A stretch of 64,000 nucleotides of DNA. Source: Bacteriovorax stolpii. GTDB taxonomy: Bacteria; Bdellovibrionota; Bacteriovoracia; Bacteriovoracales; Bacteriovoracaceae. The position numbers and the translations under genes are program-made. The DNA is taken from contig CAMASK010000004.1 of the NCBI GenBank assembly GCA_945860895.1, forward strand, positions 11,390 to 75,389. The letters are read 5' to 3'. A model generated the notes under the pieces. That model had not been told where the DNA came from, ran no database searches, and saw only the letters and a program-made list of their open reading frames with translations. Positions 48,027-59,085 of this stretch are shown here, piece after piece; position 1 is the first letter of the stretch; every line of letters starts with the position of its first letter.

Positions 48027-49541
48027 ATGACTACATCAATTAGACCTGAAGAAATTACAGGAATCATCAAAGAGCGCATTGCAAACTTTGAATCGCGCCT
48101 TCAGATGAATGAAATTGGAACAGTACTAACCATCGGTGATGGTGTGGCCCGCGTTTTTGGTCTTAAAAACGTTCTTGCCGGCGAGCTTGTTGAGTTCGAA
48201 GGCGGAGTTAAGGGAATGGTACTTAACCTTGAAACCAACAACGTTGGAATCGTGGTTCTAGGTGAAGATGCAAAAATTAAAGAAGGTTCAACTGTTAAGC
48301 GCACTGAAAAAATCGTTTCAGTTCCAGTTGGTAACGCTCTTCTTGGCCGCGTAGTTAACGCTATCGGTGAGCCAATTGACGGTGCCGGTGAAATTAACAC
48401 AAAAGAATTTCGTAACGTTGAAATTAAAGCTCCAGGAATTATTGCTCGTAAATCAGTTCACGAGCCAATGCAGACTGGTATTAAAGCCATCGATGCTATG
48501 ATTCCAATCGGTCGTGGTCAACGTGAACTTATCATTGGTGACCGTAAGACTGGTAAAACAGCTGTGGCCATCGACACCATCATCAACCAAAAAGGTAAAG
48601 ATGTTGTGTGTGTTTACGTAGCTATCGGTCAGAAACAATCTACAGTTCGTCAGGTTTACCAGAAACTAATGGAAGCCGGCGCTCTAGAGTATACAATCAT
48701 CGTTTCAGCTACTGCTTCTCACTCAGCTCCACTTCAGTATCTAGCTCCGTACACTGGTTGTACAATGGGTGAGTACTACCGTGACCAAGGTAAGCACGCT
48801 TTGATCGTTTATGATGATTTAACAAAACAATCACAAGCTTACCGTCAGCTTTCTCTTCTTCTTCGTCGTCCACCAGGCCGTGAAGCTTTCCCTGGAGACG
48901 TATTCTACATTCACTCACGTCTTTTAGAGCGTGCATGTAAAGTTAACGATGCTTTGGGTGGTGGTTCATTAACAGCTCTTCCAATTATCGAAACTCAAGA
49001 GGGTGACGTTGCTGCTTACATTCCTACAAACGTAATTTCGATTACTGATGGTCAGATCTACCTTGAGTCGGATTTATTCAATTCTGGTATTCGTCCAGCG
49101 GTAAACGTGGGTCTTTCAGTTTCTCGAGTGGGTGGTGCTGCACAAGTTAAAGCCATGAAAAAAGTTGCTGGTACACTTCGTCTGGATCTTGCTCAGTACC
49201 GTGAACTTGCAGCTTTTGCTCAGTTCGGTTCTGACCTAGATGAAGCGACTCAGAGACAGCTTAACCGTGGTGCTCGTTTAGTAGAACTTCTTAAGCAAGC
49301 TCAGTACTCACCAATGGATGTTATCGATCAATCTGTAAGTATCTTCGCTGCTACTAAAGGTTATTTCGATTCAATTCCTGTTAACAAAATCCGTAATGCT
49401 GAAGCTGATCTTCACTCTTCTTTACACTCACGTAATGGTGACTTAATGAAGACGATGAAAGCTGAAAACCAAATGTCACCTGAAAGTGAGTCTAAATTGG
49501 TTGAAGCAATTAAGGCTTTCGTTAGTAGCTATAAGGTTTAA
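48027..49541 (+). CDS. atpA: ATP synthase F1 alpha subunit
   Basis: [34 protein letters not shown]. Confidence 0.99.
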   Translation: MTTSIRPEEITGIIKERIANFESRLQMNEIGTVLTIGDGVARVFGLKNVLAGELVEFEGGVKGMVLNLETNNVGIVVLGEDAKIKEGSTVKRTEKIVSVPVGNALLGRVVNAIGEPIDGAGEINTKEFRNVEIKAPGIIARKSVHEPMQTGIKAIDAMIPIGRGQRELIIGDRKTGKTAVAIDTIINQKGKDVVCVYVAIGQKQSTVRQVYQKLMEAGALEYTIIVSATASHSAPLQYLAPYTGCTMGEYYRDQGKHALIVYDDLTKQSQAYRQLSLLLRRPPGREAFPGDVFYIHSRLLERACKVNDALGGGSLTALPIIETQEGDVAAYIPTNVISITDGQIYLESDLFNSGIRPAVNVGLSVSRVGGAAQVKAMKKVAGTLRLDLAQYRELAAFAQFGSDLDEATQRQLNRGARLVELLKQAQYSPMDVIDQSVSIFAATKGYFDSIPVNKIRNAEADLHSSLHSRNGDLMKTMKAENQMSPESESKLVEAIKAFVSSYKV

Positions 49542-49559
49542 TTTTAAGGATTAAAGAAA

Positions 49560-50429
49560 ATGGCAAATATTAAAGAACTCAAGAAAAAGATCAAGAGTAC
49601 CAAAGGTACTTTTAAGATCACAAAGGCGATGAAGCTTGTTTCAGCTGCGAAGCTAAGCAAAGCTCAAATCCGCATCTTGGGTCTTCGTCCATATTCAACT
49701 GAGCTAGAAGGAACTGTTCGTACAGTTTCAGCTTTGGCCCAGAACTACACCAATGAATATTTCTTACCTAAGAATAATAAACAAGCTGTAGTACTGGTTG
49801 TTTCTTCTGATAAAGGCCTTTGCGGAGGATATAATTCATCTCTGGCAAAGAACGTAAGAAGATTCATCGGTGAAAACAAAGATGAAGATCTTAAATTTTT
49901 ATGGATTGGTAAAAAAGTCAGAGACCTTATTTCTAAGGAAGTAAATTCTGGCAAAACTTATACTTTCTCTAAAAACGAAGCTTCTTATGATGAAGTGAGA
50001 AAGATTGCGGAAGAGCTAGGTAGTTTATTTATCAATGGAGAAATTGGAAAAGTGTACATTGCGTATAACTCTTTCGTTTCCGCTATTGCTTTCGATTCTA
50101 TCGTTAGACAACTTCTACCAATGCAGGTATCTGCTTCAGTAAAAGAAGAAATTAAGACTAAGTATCCATACGATTTTAAATACGATCCAAGTGCAGAAGA
50201 AATTCTTGATACATTGGTTCCTGAAGTTTACCTCACAACAGTTTATACCTGTATTTGTGATGCTATCGCTTCGGAACACGGAAGTCGTATGAACGCTATG
50301 GAAAACGCGTCTAAGAACAGTAAAGAAGTGATTAAGAAGCTTTCGTTAAAAATGAATAAGTTGAGACAGGCAAAAATTACAACTGAGTTAATCGAAGTTG
50401 TTTCTGGTGCCGAGTCTCTGAACGGTTAA
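49560..50429 (+). CDS. atpG: ATP synthase F1 gamma subunit
   Basis: KITKAMKLVSAAK, SDKGLCGGYN, SEHGSRMNAM, RQAKITTELIEVVSGA. Confidence 0.98.
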   Translation: MANIKELKKKIKSTKGTFKITKAMKLVSAAKLSKAQIRILGLRPYSTELEGTVRTVSALAQNYTNEYFLPKNNKQAVVLVVSSDKGLCGGYNSSLAKNVRRFIGENKDEDLKFLWIGKKVRDLISKEVNSGKTYTFSKNEASYDEVRKIAEELGSLFINGEIGKVYIAYNSFVSAIAFDSIVRQLLPMQVSASVKEEIKTKYPYDFKYDPSAEEILDTLVPEVYLTTVYTCICDAIASEHGSRMNAMENASKNSKEVIKKLSLKMNKLRQAKITTELIEVVSGAESLNG

Positions 50430-50440
50430 GGAGCCATTAA

Positions 50441-51856
<1,416 letters not shown>

Positions 51857-51858
51857 TT

Positions 51859-52269
51859 ATGGCCGGTTTTAAACTCAATATTTTCACTCCTAAGGGAGTA
51901 GTAATTAAAGATCTTGAGTGTAATGACATCGTAATACCTACAGTCAGGGGAGAGATTAATATCCTCCCTGAACATACTCATATCTTAACTGAATTGAGTA
52001 CAGGGCTTATGACAGTTAAAACTTCAATGGGAGCTCGTCACTATTCAGTGACTGCAGGTCTTTGCCGAGTTTTAAAAGATACCGTAACTATTCTTTCATT
52101 CACTTCTGAAAGAGCCGAAGATATCGATATGGAAAGAGCGAAGTCTGCAAAGTCAAAAGCTACTGACCGTCTATCTGGAAAAGTATCTCTTAGTGATGTG
52201 GACCTAATTAAGTTCCGCAGAAAGCTTGAAAGAGCTGAACTACGAATTCGACTCGCAAATTTGAAATAA
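51859..52269 (+). CDS. atpC: ATP synthase F1 epsilon subunit
   Basis: GEINILPEHT, C-terminal helix pair ending ELRIRLA. Confidence 0.95.
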   Translation: MAGFKLNIFTPKGVVIKDLECNDIVIPTVRGEINILPEHTHILTELSTGLMTVKTSMGARHYSVTAGLCRVLKDTVTILSFTSERAEDIDMERAKSAKSKATDRLSGKVSLSDVDLIKFRRKLERAELRIRLANLK

Positions 52270-52297
52270 AAAAAAGCCCTCGAAAGAGGGCTTTTTT
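52268..52297 (+). terminator. intrinsic (bidirectional) terminator after atpC
   Basis: AAAAAAGCCCTC-GAAA-GAGGGCTTTTTT. Confidence 0.92.
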
Positions 52298-52468
52298 ATG
52301 GCTAGCCTTAAATCCAATCAAAACACTCTAGCTTTCTTAAAGTTGCCCCTATAGGGCCAGTCCATGCCAACTAGTCATGAGTATTCACGTAATGGTTATT
52401 CACTAAATAGGAACAACCGTTTTTGCCGACTGTAGAAAAACTGAGAATAACGTAAAATAATCCTGATT

Positions 52469-54616
52469 ATGTCTTATATGCTTACACGGATGTGCGTTTA
52501 TTTCACGGTCTTTTGTTACCTTGTATTAGGTACGGTTGTCGTGCGTTTTACTCTTCCGGAAGTTCAAACCATTCATTTTTCAACCTCATACTTAGATGCC
52601 TTTTCAGACGCTCCAATAATTCGCACAGTTACCACATCGATTGTTTCAGAACCTGATGTTACGTTTGCTAATATTCAAATACCTGTCGAAGCTAAAATAG
52701 TTAAATTAGTGAAAATTGCTAAAGATGTAGAAACTATAAAAGTTAGTAAGGTGATCGAAGTTCCATTGGAAAAAATAGAGATTTTACAAAAAAATGAGCT
52801 TCCTTTCCATGAGCCAATTAAGCTTTCTAAAGTGATAATAAAAAACGATCAACCAGTAAATTTGGTTGCAAGTTACAAAGAATTTAGTTTTCAAGAGCCC
52901 ATCGTTGCTAAAGCTGAAGAAGTGACTGATGAAATCAAAACGACTCAAGCTGTAACAGAAGAAGTAGAGCCTGAAATTTTTGAATATAAACAAACTCAAA
53001 AGATTACAGAAAAAGAAATGAATCCTAAGGTCGAAAAAGAAAATAATGAAAAAAAGAATTTTGAAGTTGTTTTAAATAATGAAGTTGAAAATCAAAATGT
53101 GGCAGATCTGATTGAGGAAAGATCGGAGTCCTCTCCAATTCCTGAAAAAACAGACACTGAACCAGAATTTTTTGACTACCCAGCCAAATTGACTACTCAA
53201 GGCTTAGTGAGCTCTCCAACGCCGGAGATTTTAAATAAAGAACCTTTGAAGAATCAAGCTTCAGCAATAATCGCTTTTGACTACGCAAAAGCAAATGCGG
53301 ATATAAAGTCTGTATCAATTACATCTGTTAAAAAGGTGACTAGTCACAATTCTAACTTCACTAAATCATTATCATATAAAGTAAGTGACACCCAAAAGAT
53401 GGTAAGTCCTGAAGCAGTTGTTCCTCAAGAAGTGACGAATACAGCGTCAGTTGTCACAAATTATTCTATGGAATTATTAGTAGCTGCTGTCGGAAGTGAT
53501 CTGAATTCAAACGAAAAACTTCAAGGCTTTGAAATTCGCTTTCAGGATGATTTATCCGAAGCCCAGGAAGACTATGGTTCTGGTGAAATTAGTATTGAAA
53601 GTCTATTAAGCCAGCCTAAAATGACTCGATCGGTAACGATGTTAAAAAGGGGTTTTGTTCCTACATCTACAGAAATCATTATGGAAGAAGGTCAGAGTGC
53701 TGTGACAATTCCAATGATTCAAGAAGACACTTTCAATAAATTTCAAGCAGTTTATGAGAGAAGAGGCAGTGTTGGAGCACTTTTGGTTGAATTAGATGAT
53801 GAAACTGAAGTGGCCAAAATCGATATCCCATTTGGTGATGTTATTAAGCTTGATGGTGATTTAAGACGTACTGATAATGAAGACTTTAGATATCAATTAT
53901 TTGTTGGCGTTAAGGCTGGAAATGCACTTTTGTCTTATCACCATAGTAATGGAGAAATCATCAAAAAGATTGTTCATGTTCATGAGAATGAAATTACATA
54001 TGATGCTAATTTTTATGAAGATGTTGTAAATGAAAAGGTAAAAATTTACGAAGAAGACTTATTGGCCAAAGAAAGCTCTCCACTTATTATTTCGGAAGAT
54101 CAGGTAAGAATTTTTGCAAGTGATTCCTATGCAAAAAAAATTAACAATCATACGTATAAGCTGAATTTTGGTTCTTCTCACCTTGCCGGTCGTCGTTATC
54201 TTGAACTTAATCATCAAAGTGAACCGCTTTTTGTTGGAATTCGGGATAATAATAATGTCACAGTTCCTTCTGAAAATTTAATGCGGTTTATTCTCTCTAA
54301 TGTTGAGGGTGCAAAACTAGGAAACAGATGCTTGGTGCAGGTAAACTTAAATAAAAAAGCTGAGAACGTAGAGGTAGCTGCAGAGTCAGTGGCTTCTTCT
54401 TTAATGACTTACACTCAGATGTTAGATTCAGATGGTAAATTCTATGATTCAATCAGCAGTAAAACCCAGAAAGTAATTATAGTTGGCGAAAGTCAAAGCT
54501 CATCGGATCTTTCAGCGGATGCGAAAATTAATGTTAAAATTAGATATCAAGACGGATCAATCCAGTTCTTAAACTCTTACTGTTCTCCAAATACTTATTT
54601 GGTTGAACAACTTTGA
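52469..54616 (+). CDS. membrane-anchored hypothetical protein: N-terminal TM, long E/K/V-rich linker, globular C-terminal half
   Basis: 715 aa open frame; hydrophobic CVYFTVFCYLVLGTVVV; low-complexity acidic stretch about residues 140-330; no family recognised. Confidence 0.75.
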   Translation: MSYMLTRMCVYFTVFCYLVLGTVVVRFTLPEVQTIHFSTSYLDAFSDAPIIRTVTTSIVSEPDVTFANIQIPVEAKIVKLVKIAKDVETIKVSKVIEVPLEKIEILQKNELPFHEPIKLSKVIIKNDQPVNLVASYKEFSFQEPIVAKAEEVTDEIKTTQAVTEEVEPEIFEYKQTQKITEKEMNPKVEKENNEKKNFEVVLNNEVENQNVADLIEERSESSPIPEKTDTEPEFFDYPAKLTTQGLVSSPTPEILNKEPLKNQASAIIAFDYAKANADIKSVSITSVKKVTSHNSNFTKSLSYKVSDTQKMVSPEAVVPQEVTNTASVVTNYSMELLVAAVGSDLNSNEKLQGFEIRFQDDLSEAQEDYGSGEISIESLLSQPKMTRSVTMLKRGFVPTSTEIIMEEGQSAVTIPMIQEDTFNKFQAVYERRGSVGALLVELDDETEVAKIDIPFGDVIKLDGDLRRTDNEDFRYQLFVGVKAGNALLSYHHSNGEIIKKIVHVHENEITYDANFYEDVVNEKVKIYEEDLLAKESSPLIISEDQVRIFASDSYAKKINNHTYKLNFGSSHLAGRRYLELNHQSEPLFVGIRDNNNVTVPSENLMRFILSNVEGAKLGNRCLVQVNLNKKAENVEVAAESVASSLMTYTQMLDSDGKFYDSISSKTQKVIIVGESQSSSDLSADAKINVKIRYQDGSIQFLNSYCSPNTYLVEQL

Positions 54617-55965
54617 TTCCCTAAAAGAGCTGCCCAATCTTTAGGTTTTTTAGCAAGCAAATGATGAAATTGTAATTTCAAAAACTTATTCAATGGTAAA
54701 TTTTCTTTGCTTGTAACAATTAAACCTCTGGGATAAGCCTTATTTTCATCTTTAATATGATGGCTATGATAAAGGATATCATTTAGATGTGACCTTTTTA
54801 GGTGTTTATCTAATCTAAGTGAACATTTTAAAAGATAAAAATGTAATTCATCATCGACATTGTAACGATCATCTTTATGGATATCATTAAATAGCTCCTC
54901 TTCATAGGCCAGTGCATGTACCAAAGCTAAAAACTCACTATAAAAATTTTTAGAAGCAAATCCGAAATGCTGTGAATCACTGCTTTTTATAATCATTTCA
55001 AGGTCAATTTTAGTCTTCTTGAAAGCAAGTTCTCGTCGTGTCTTTAACAGATGCTTAGTTCCCGAATTATAGGCCGTAACTGCGAGATCCCAAGACTTCA
55101 TCAATTGAAAGTTTTCCTTCATTAAAAAAGCGGCAGCCACCGAAGCAACTCCAATATTGGAACGATAATCGTAACGTAGATTCTTTTTTGGGACATAATA
55201 ACTACTAATAAGAGGCATGAACTGCCATACACCCAAGGCACCCACTTTTGATTCGGCTTTTGGATTAAAGCTCGATTCAAGAAAAGGTACGGCCAAAAGT
55301 TCGGGTGGTAGATTATGTTCCGAAAAATATTTTGTTAAAAAAGGTTTATAGGGGAGAGAACGTATTATTCCATCACGGATAAAATTACGCTGTCCTGCTT
55401 GAGTTCTAATATTATTTTTTAAGTTATTAAAGAATGCAGCTCTCGCCAGTTTTCCCAAAGGTAGCTTAATTCCTGCATTACTCAAGAGTCTATAAATTAT
55501 TTTTGATTCTGGCTCAAGGCTAAATGGGTTTTCGAAAAGATAATGTAGATTTTTTTTAATTATATTAATTTTTTCATCAGAAATTTTTTGTTGAAGAACG
55601 TATAAGGTATTTTTTGGTAAATCTTTGGCTTGTAGAGATGAAAAATCCAAAACTTTATAGATCATAGATAAATTCGTTTTATCGTGAATAACAACATGAC
55701 TTGCATCAAATTGGGTATAGATTAAAAACCAAAAATTGACGGTTGGGTAATAATAATTTGTTATCGGAAACCTGTTTGAGACGCGATCATCTTTGTCTAA
55801 AAGATAATCTTTAAAGGAGTCATTTGACATCCACGGAAGCTCACGAACATTATCCTGTTTTTGCTTGGGAATTGGGGTCCAAGATAAATCGGTTCCAAAA
55901 TGAGGATCTGAAGCCGTGACCCACCATAAAATCAAGCTAGAGATTAGGAGATACTTGTAAATCAT
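54595..55965 (-). CDS. lytic transglycosylase (SLT domain, MltD-like)
   Basis: PFLESSFNPKAESKVGALGVWQFMP (catalytic Glu), WDLAVTAYNSG; N-terminal signal/TM. Confidence 0.9.
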   Translation of the reverse strand: MIYKYLLISSLILWWVTASDPHFGTDLSWTPIPKQKQDNVRELPWMSNDSFKDYLLDKDDRVSNRFPITNYYYPTVNFWFLIYTQFDASHVVIHDKTNLSMIYKVLDFSSLQAKDLPKNTLYVLQQKISDEKINIIKKNLHYLFENPFSLEPESKIIYRLLSNAGIKLPLGKLARAAFFNNLKNNIRTQAGQRNFIRDGIIRSLPYKPFLTKYFSEHNLPPELLAVPFLESSFNPKAESKVGALGVWQFMPLISSYYVPKKNLRYDYRSNIGVASVAAAFLMKENFQLMKSWDLAVTAYNSGTKHLLKTRRELAFKKTKIDLEMIIKSSDSQHFGFASKNFYSEFLALVHALAYEEELFNDIHKDDRYNVDDELHFYLLKCSLRLDKHLKRSHLNDILYHSHHIKDENKAYPRGLIVTSKENLPLNKFLKLQFHHLLAKKPKDWAALLGNQSCSTK

Positions 55966-57146
55966 CTAGGACTCAAAATCTGCATAGTTCTCTTATAACC
56001 AGCCTCTACAGCATGTGCAGAAACTTTTGAATTTAGAGAAAATGAATTAGCAAAGAAAAGTTTATAATCATGATGATCGGGGTAAATATCTATTAATCTA
56101 ACTTTTGGGTTGATGTGTAGTTTACGTTGAAGAAGCGCCATAATTTCCCGTCTATGAGTATTAGAAAACTTTTCTTTTTTCATATAATCATTAACCGAGT
56201 CCATGATGTCGATGGCTTTTGCTCTTTCTGCTCTTGAGGCGACAATTTTTTTCTGAATCATTAAATAAATTGATTGTAGGGCTATTGGTTGTAAACCGTA
56301 ATTTACCAGCGAACCAACTTCATCATGGAAATGATAAGGTGTATGAGTCCATGAGCTGATAATGACTTCACATCCATTATCTTCTGCAACATGAGTAGAA
56401 AGTGTTTCTCGAATCTCTCCATCGATGTAGTAATCAATACCCTTAGTGATTGGATTTTTAATGGGATAAGGACAATAAAATGGAGGAACACTCATGCTGG
56501 CAGCCGCTGCATGTGAGACATTGGTTCCAGTATAGTAAACTGAAGTTGAATCGTGACTTGGATTGGGATAATTATATTTACTGAAGATTACTTTTCTCGA
56601 GTGATCAAGTTGAGTTGCAACTATAAATAAGTCAGCGACAAAATCTTCGAAAGTATCTTTTTCTATAACATTTTCTAAAAGATAATTACGGACGCCTTCG
56701 GTAGAGAATAAACCAGGCACTGAAACAAATGGCTTAAGGATGTTTTGAAGAAAAGTTGGAAAACCTTCCAGTGGATGATATAAGCCGCTTTTAGGAGCTT
56801 TAATATCAGGACGTTGAATCGTGAACATATCTTTGTAAGTGATGCCGCGAATCTTAGAACCCTTAATTCCTAGTGTAGCCTGTATAATATCTTGGGGTGT
56901 ATAGCCACTTGCCAGATAAACACAAATCATGGCCCCAGCACTAGAGCCAACGTAAGTTCCGATTTCAAGACTTCTTTGATTAAGAGAATGATCTAAAGAA
57001 GAGTTTTTATTACTTTTAAGGTAAAATCCCAATTCTTCCAGTGCATGAGTCACTCCGAGGTGCCACGCTGCTGCCTTAACTACGCCTCCAGATAAAACCA
57101 AGGCTATTTTTTTATTTTTTAGTTCGTTTAAATCAACTGACTTCAT
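55962..57146 (-). CDS. patatin-like phospholipase/esterase
   Basis: LVLSGGVVKAAAWHLGV, GSSAG nucleophile, AASMSVP, YIDGE. Confidence 0.88.
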   Translation of the reverse strand: MKSVDLNELKNKKIALVLSGGVVKAAAWHLGVTHALEELGFYLKSNKNSSLDHSLNQRSLEIGTYVGSSAGAMICVYLASGYTPQDIIQATLGIKGSKIRGITYKDMFTIQRPDIKAPKSGLYHPLEGFPTFLQNILKPFVSVPGLFSTEGVRNYLLENVIEKDTFEDFVADLFIVATQLDHSRKVIFSKYNYPNPSHDSTSVYYTGTNVSHAAAASMSVPPFYCPYPIKNPITKGIDYYIDGEIRETLSTHVAEDNGCEVIISSWTHTPYHFHDEVGSLVNYGLQPIALQSIYLMIQKKIVASRAERAKAIDIMDSVNDYMKKEKFSNTHRREIMALLQRKLHINPKVRLIDIYPDHHDYKLFFANSFSLNSKVSAHAVEAGYKRTMQILSPR

Positions 57147-57167
57147 TGCTCAACTTTATATTAGATT

Positions 57168-57196
57168 TTGCACTTATTCATCGGATTCTTTATCAT
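57168..57196 (+). promoter_or_regulatory. sigma70 promoter for the HTH-OMP operon
   Basis: TTGCAC-17nt-TATCAT; RBS AGGAGGA at 57211-57217. Confidence 0.65.
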
Positions 57197-57220
57197 TAAG
57201 ATTAATCCATAGGAGGATGA

Positions 57221-57559
57221 ATGCATACCACGGACGGGGTCTGGTTAACTATTGCTGACTACTCACTTTATAAAAAAGTTTCAGTTTCTACTATTCGTCG
57301 CCACATCAAGACTAATATCCTCAAATACAAAGAAGAGGATGGAAAGTATTTTATTTATGTCGCGAGCTCTGAACGAGTCAAACTCAAAGAAGAAGAAGAA
57401 ATTCTGCGCATAAAGCTTGAAGCAGAATTATTGAAATCTCAGATAAGACAATTAAAAGAAGAAAATAATGAACTTCGTATGCTAGTCGATCTGTATGAAA
57501 AAAATCCTGTTGATCTTAAAAAAATAGTCGAACCACCAGAATTACCAAAGTACATATGA
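57221..57559 (+). CDS. small MerR/excisionase-type HTH protein with C-terminal coiled coil
   Basis: WLTIADYSLYKKVSVSTIRRHIK HTH pattern; heptad-rich LKLEAELLKSQIRQLKEENNELRMLV. Confidence 0.75.
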   Translation: MHTTDGVWLTIADYSLYKKVSVSTIRRHIKTNILKYKEEDGKYFIYVASSERVKLKEEEEILRIKLEAELLKSQIRQLKEENNELRMLVDLYEKNPVDLKKIVEPPELPKYI

Positions 57560-59016
57560 AATATATTTTACTGTTATTATTACTTTTTTCTTTTAGTAGT
57601 TTCGCTCAACCTTCAATGAGAAGATGTACCCTTTTGCCGATAACGGACAGTGTTGGTGGCGCAATTGGATTTAAAGTATTTGAAGCCGTGGAACAGAATT
57701 TAAAGAAAAGTAATTGGTGCACCTATATTTCTAACTCCAGTATGGTGAGTGTTTTTAGTCGCTACAGTGAAAACTTACCTCAATATTTAAAACAAAAGGA
57801 CGTATTAAAAACAGTTTCTGAAAAACTTCAGGCTGGATCTTTAATCAGAGTGGCCTTAGTTAATGATATTAGTGGTGTCGAAGTTCAGATGGAAATTTAC
57901 GGTGAAAATGGTGAAGATATTTATTTCAGCGAAAAAACGGTACTTACAACAGATAATGTTGAAACTATTGCCCAAACGGTTAGTGATTGGCTTGAGATCT
58001 ATTCAAAAACAATTCCATATGATGCAAAAATAAATGGCATACTAGGTGACCAACTCACCCTCGATGTTGGTAAAGGCTATCCCATCTTTGAAGGACAAAG
58101 CTTCATTGTAAAACGTCCGGTTACAAAGATGAAGCATCCATTGCTGCATAAAATAGTAGACTGGGATACAACGCTCCTTGCAGAGGGTAAAATATTTAAT
58201 ATTTCTGATAATCAAGCTTTTGGAATGGTTAAAATTTACAAATCAGACAAGAAGCTCGCTCCTGGAGACTGGGTACGTCTTGAGCCAATGAGACAAGACG
58301 GTATTACTGATCAGTCCTTGGATGATAAAGCAAATGAGGAACCAGGAAGGCTTGGAATCTTGTCCTTAGCTCTTTTTAGTTCATCCTCAAGTATAGACAC
58401 TACTACTCCAACAGGATCTAAGCGCATATCGGGAAAATTATTTGGCTTTGATTTTAGAGGGGAAGGGTGGATTACTCGTCAATATTTCATTGCTTTAGAG
58501 GTAGCTCGGTCAGCGGGAACACTTTCTAAAACATCGGGAAATCCAGAGAAATCTACACTTAATGCAAACTTTGGAATTTTAAAAATAACTGGTGGATATA
58601 AGTATCTTCCGATTGGTTTTTTTTACGGCCCACAAATTGACATTTACGGTGGTTATGCCAATTACACTTTTGACCTAGATTATTCAAAAAATGATGGTTT
58701 TGGAAAAAGTGAGATATCTGGAGTACTCTTAGGGGTTGCGGCAAACATCCCTATAAATCGTCAGTACCGCTTTAATGTTCGTGCTGATTTTATTCCATTT
58801 CCTTCTTTTAAAGATTCTGATGATATTTATCGGTATTCAAATAGTGTCTCTCTGTTGGATTTAGAAGTGGGAGCAAAGTATCAATATACTCCTCGTATGA
58901 CGCTTGATGGATCGATTGGGACATTATCTGGAAAGGCTAAAACAAAGTCGGATTTCAAAGAGATATCATTTCATGATAATTTAAAGTTTAAAGCTGGAGC
59001 CTCATTCAATTTTTGA
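57556..59016 (+). CDS. outer-membrane protein: periplasmic CsgG/FlgT-like N-terminal region plus C-terminal beta-barrel
   Basis: Signal peptide ending SFA; LTLDVGKG...EGQSFIV segment resembling the FlgT C-domain; alternating beta strands and C-terminal GASFNF (BAM signal). Confidence 0.7.
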   Translation: MKYILLLLLLFSFSSFAQPSMRRCTLLPITDSVGGAIGFKVFEAVEQNLKKSNWCTYISNSSMVSVFSRYSENLPQYLKQKDVLKTVSEKLQAGSLIRVALVNDISGVEVQMEIYGENGEDIYFSEKTVLTTDNVETIAQTVSDWLEIYSKTIPYDAKINGILGDQLTLDVGKGYPIFEGQSFIVKRPVTKMKHPLLHKIVDWDTTLLAEGKIFNISDNQAFGMVKIYKSDKKLAPGDWVRLEPMRQDGITDQSLDDKANEEPGRLGILSLALFSSSSSIDTTTPTGSKRISGKLFGFDFRGEGWITRQYFIALEVARSAGTLSKTSGNPEKSTLNANFGILKITGGYKYLPIGFFYGPQIDIYGGYANYTFDLDYSKNDGFGKSEISGVLLGVAANIPINRQYRFNVRADFIPFPSFKDSDDIYRYSNSVSLLDLEVGAKYQYTPRMTLDGSIGTLSGKAKTKSDFKEISFHDNLKFKAGASFNF

Positions 59017-59085
59017 TAAATTTGTTTTTATGATCTGACAGATAGAGACTTTTCGATAGGCTTTCTAGTATCTATAATGAGCCCC

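Noticed and set aside
52298-52468. Riboswitch or sigma54 promoter in the atpC downstream gap
   Set aside because: No recognisable aptamer consensus; AGGGCCAGTCCATGCC has GG-N10-GC spacing but lacks the TGGCAC and TTGC context.
58460-58467. KOPS-like GGGAAGGG octamer
   Set aside because: Single occurrence; polarity cannot be judged without a genome-wide count.
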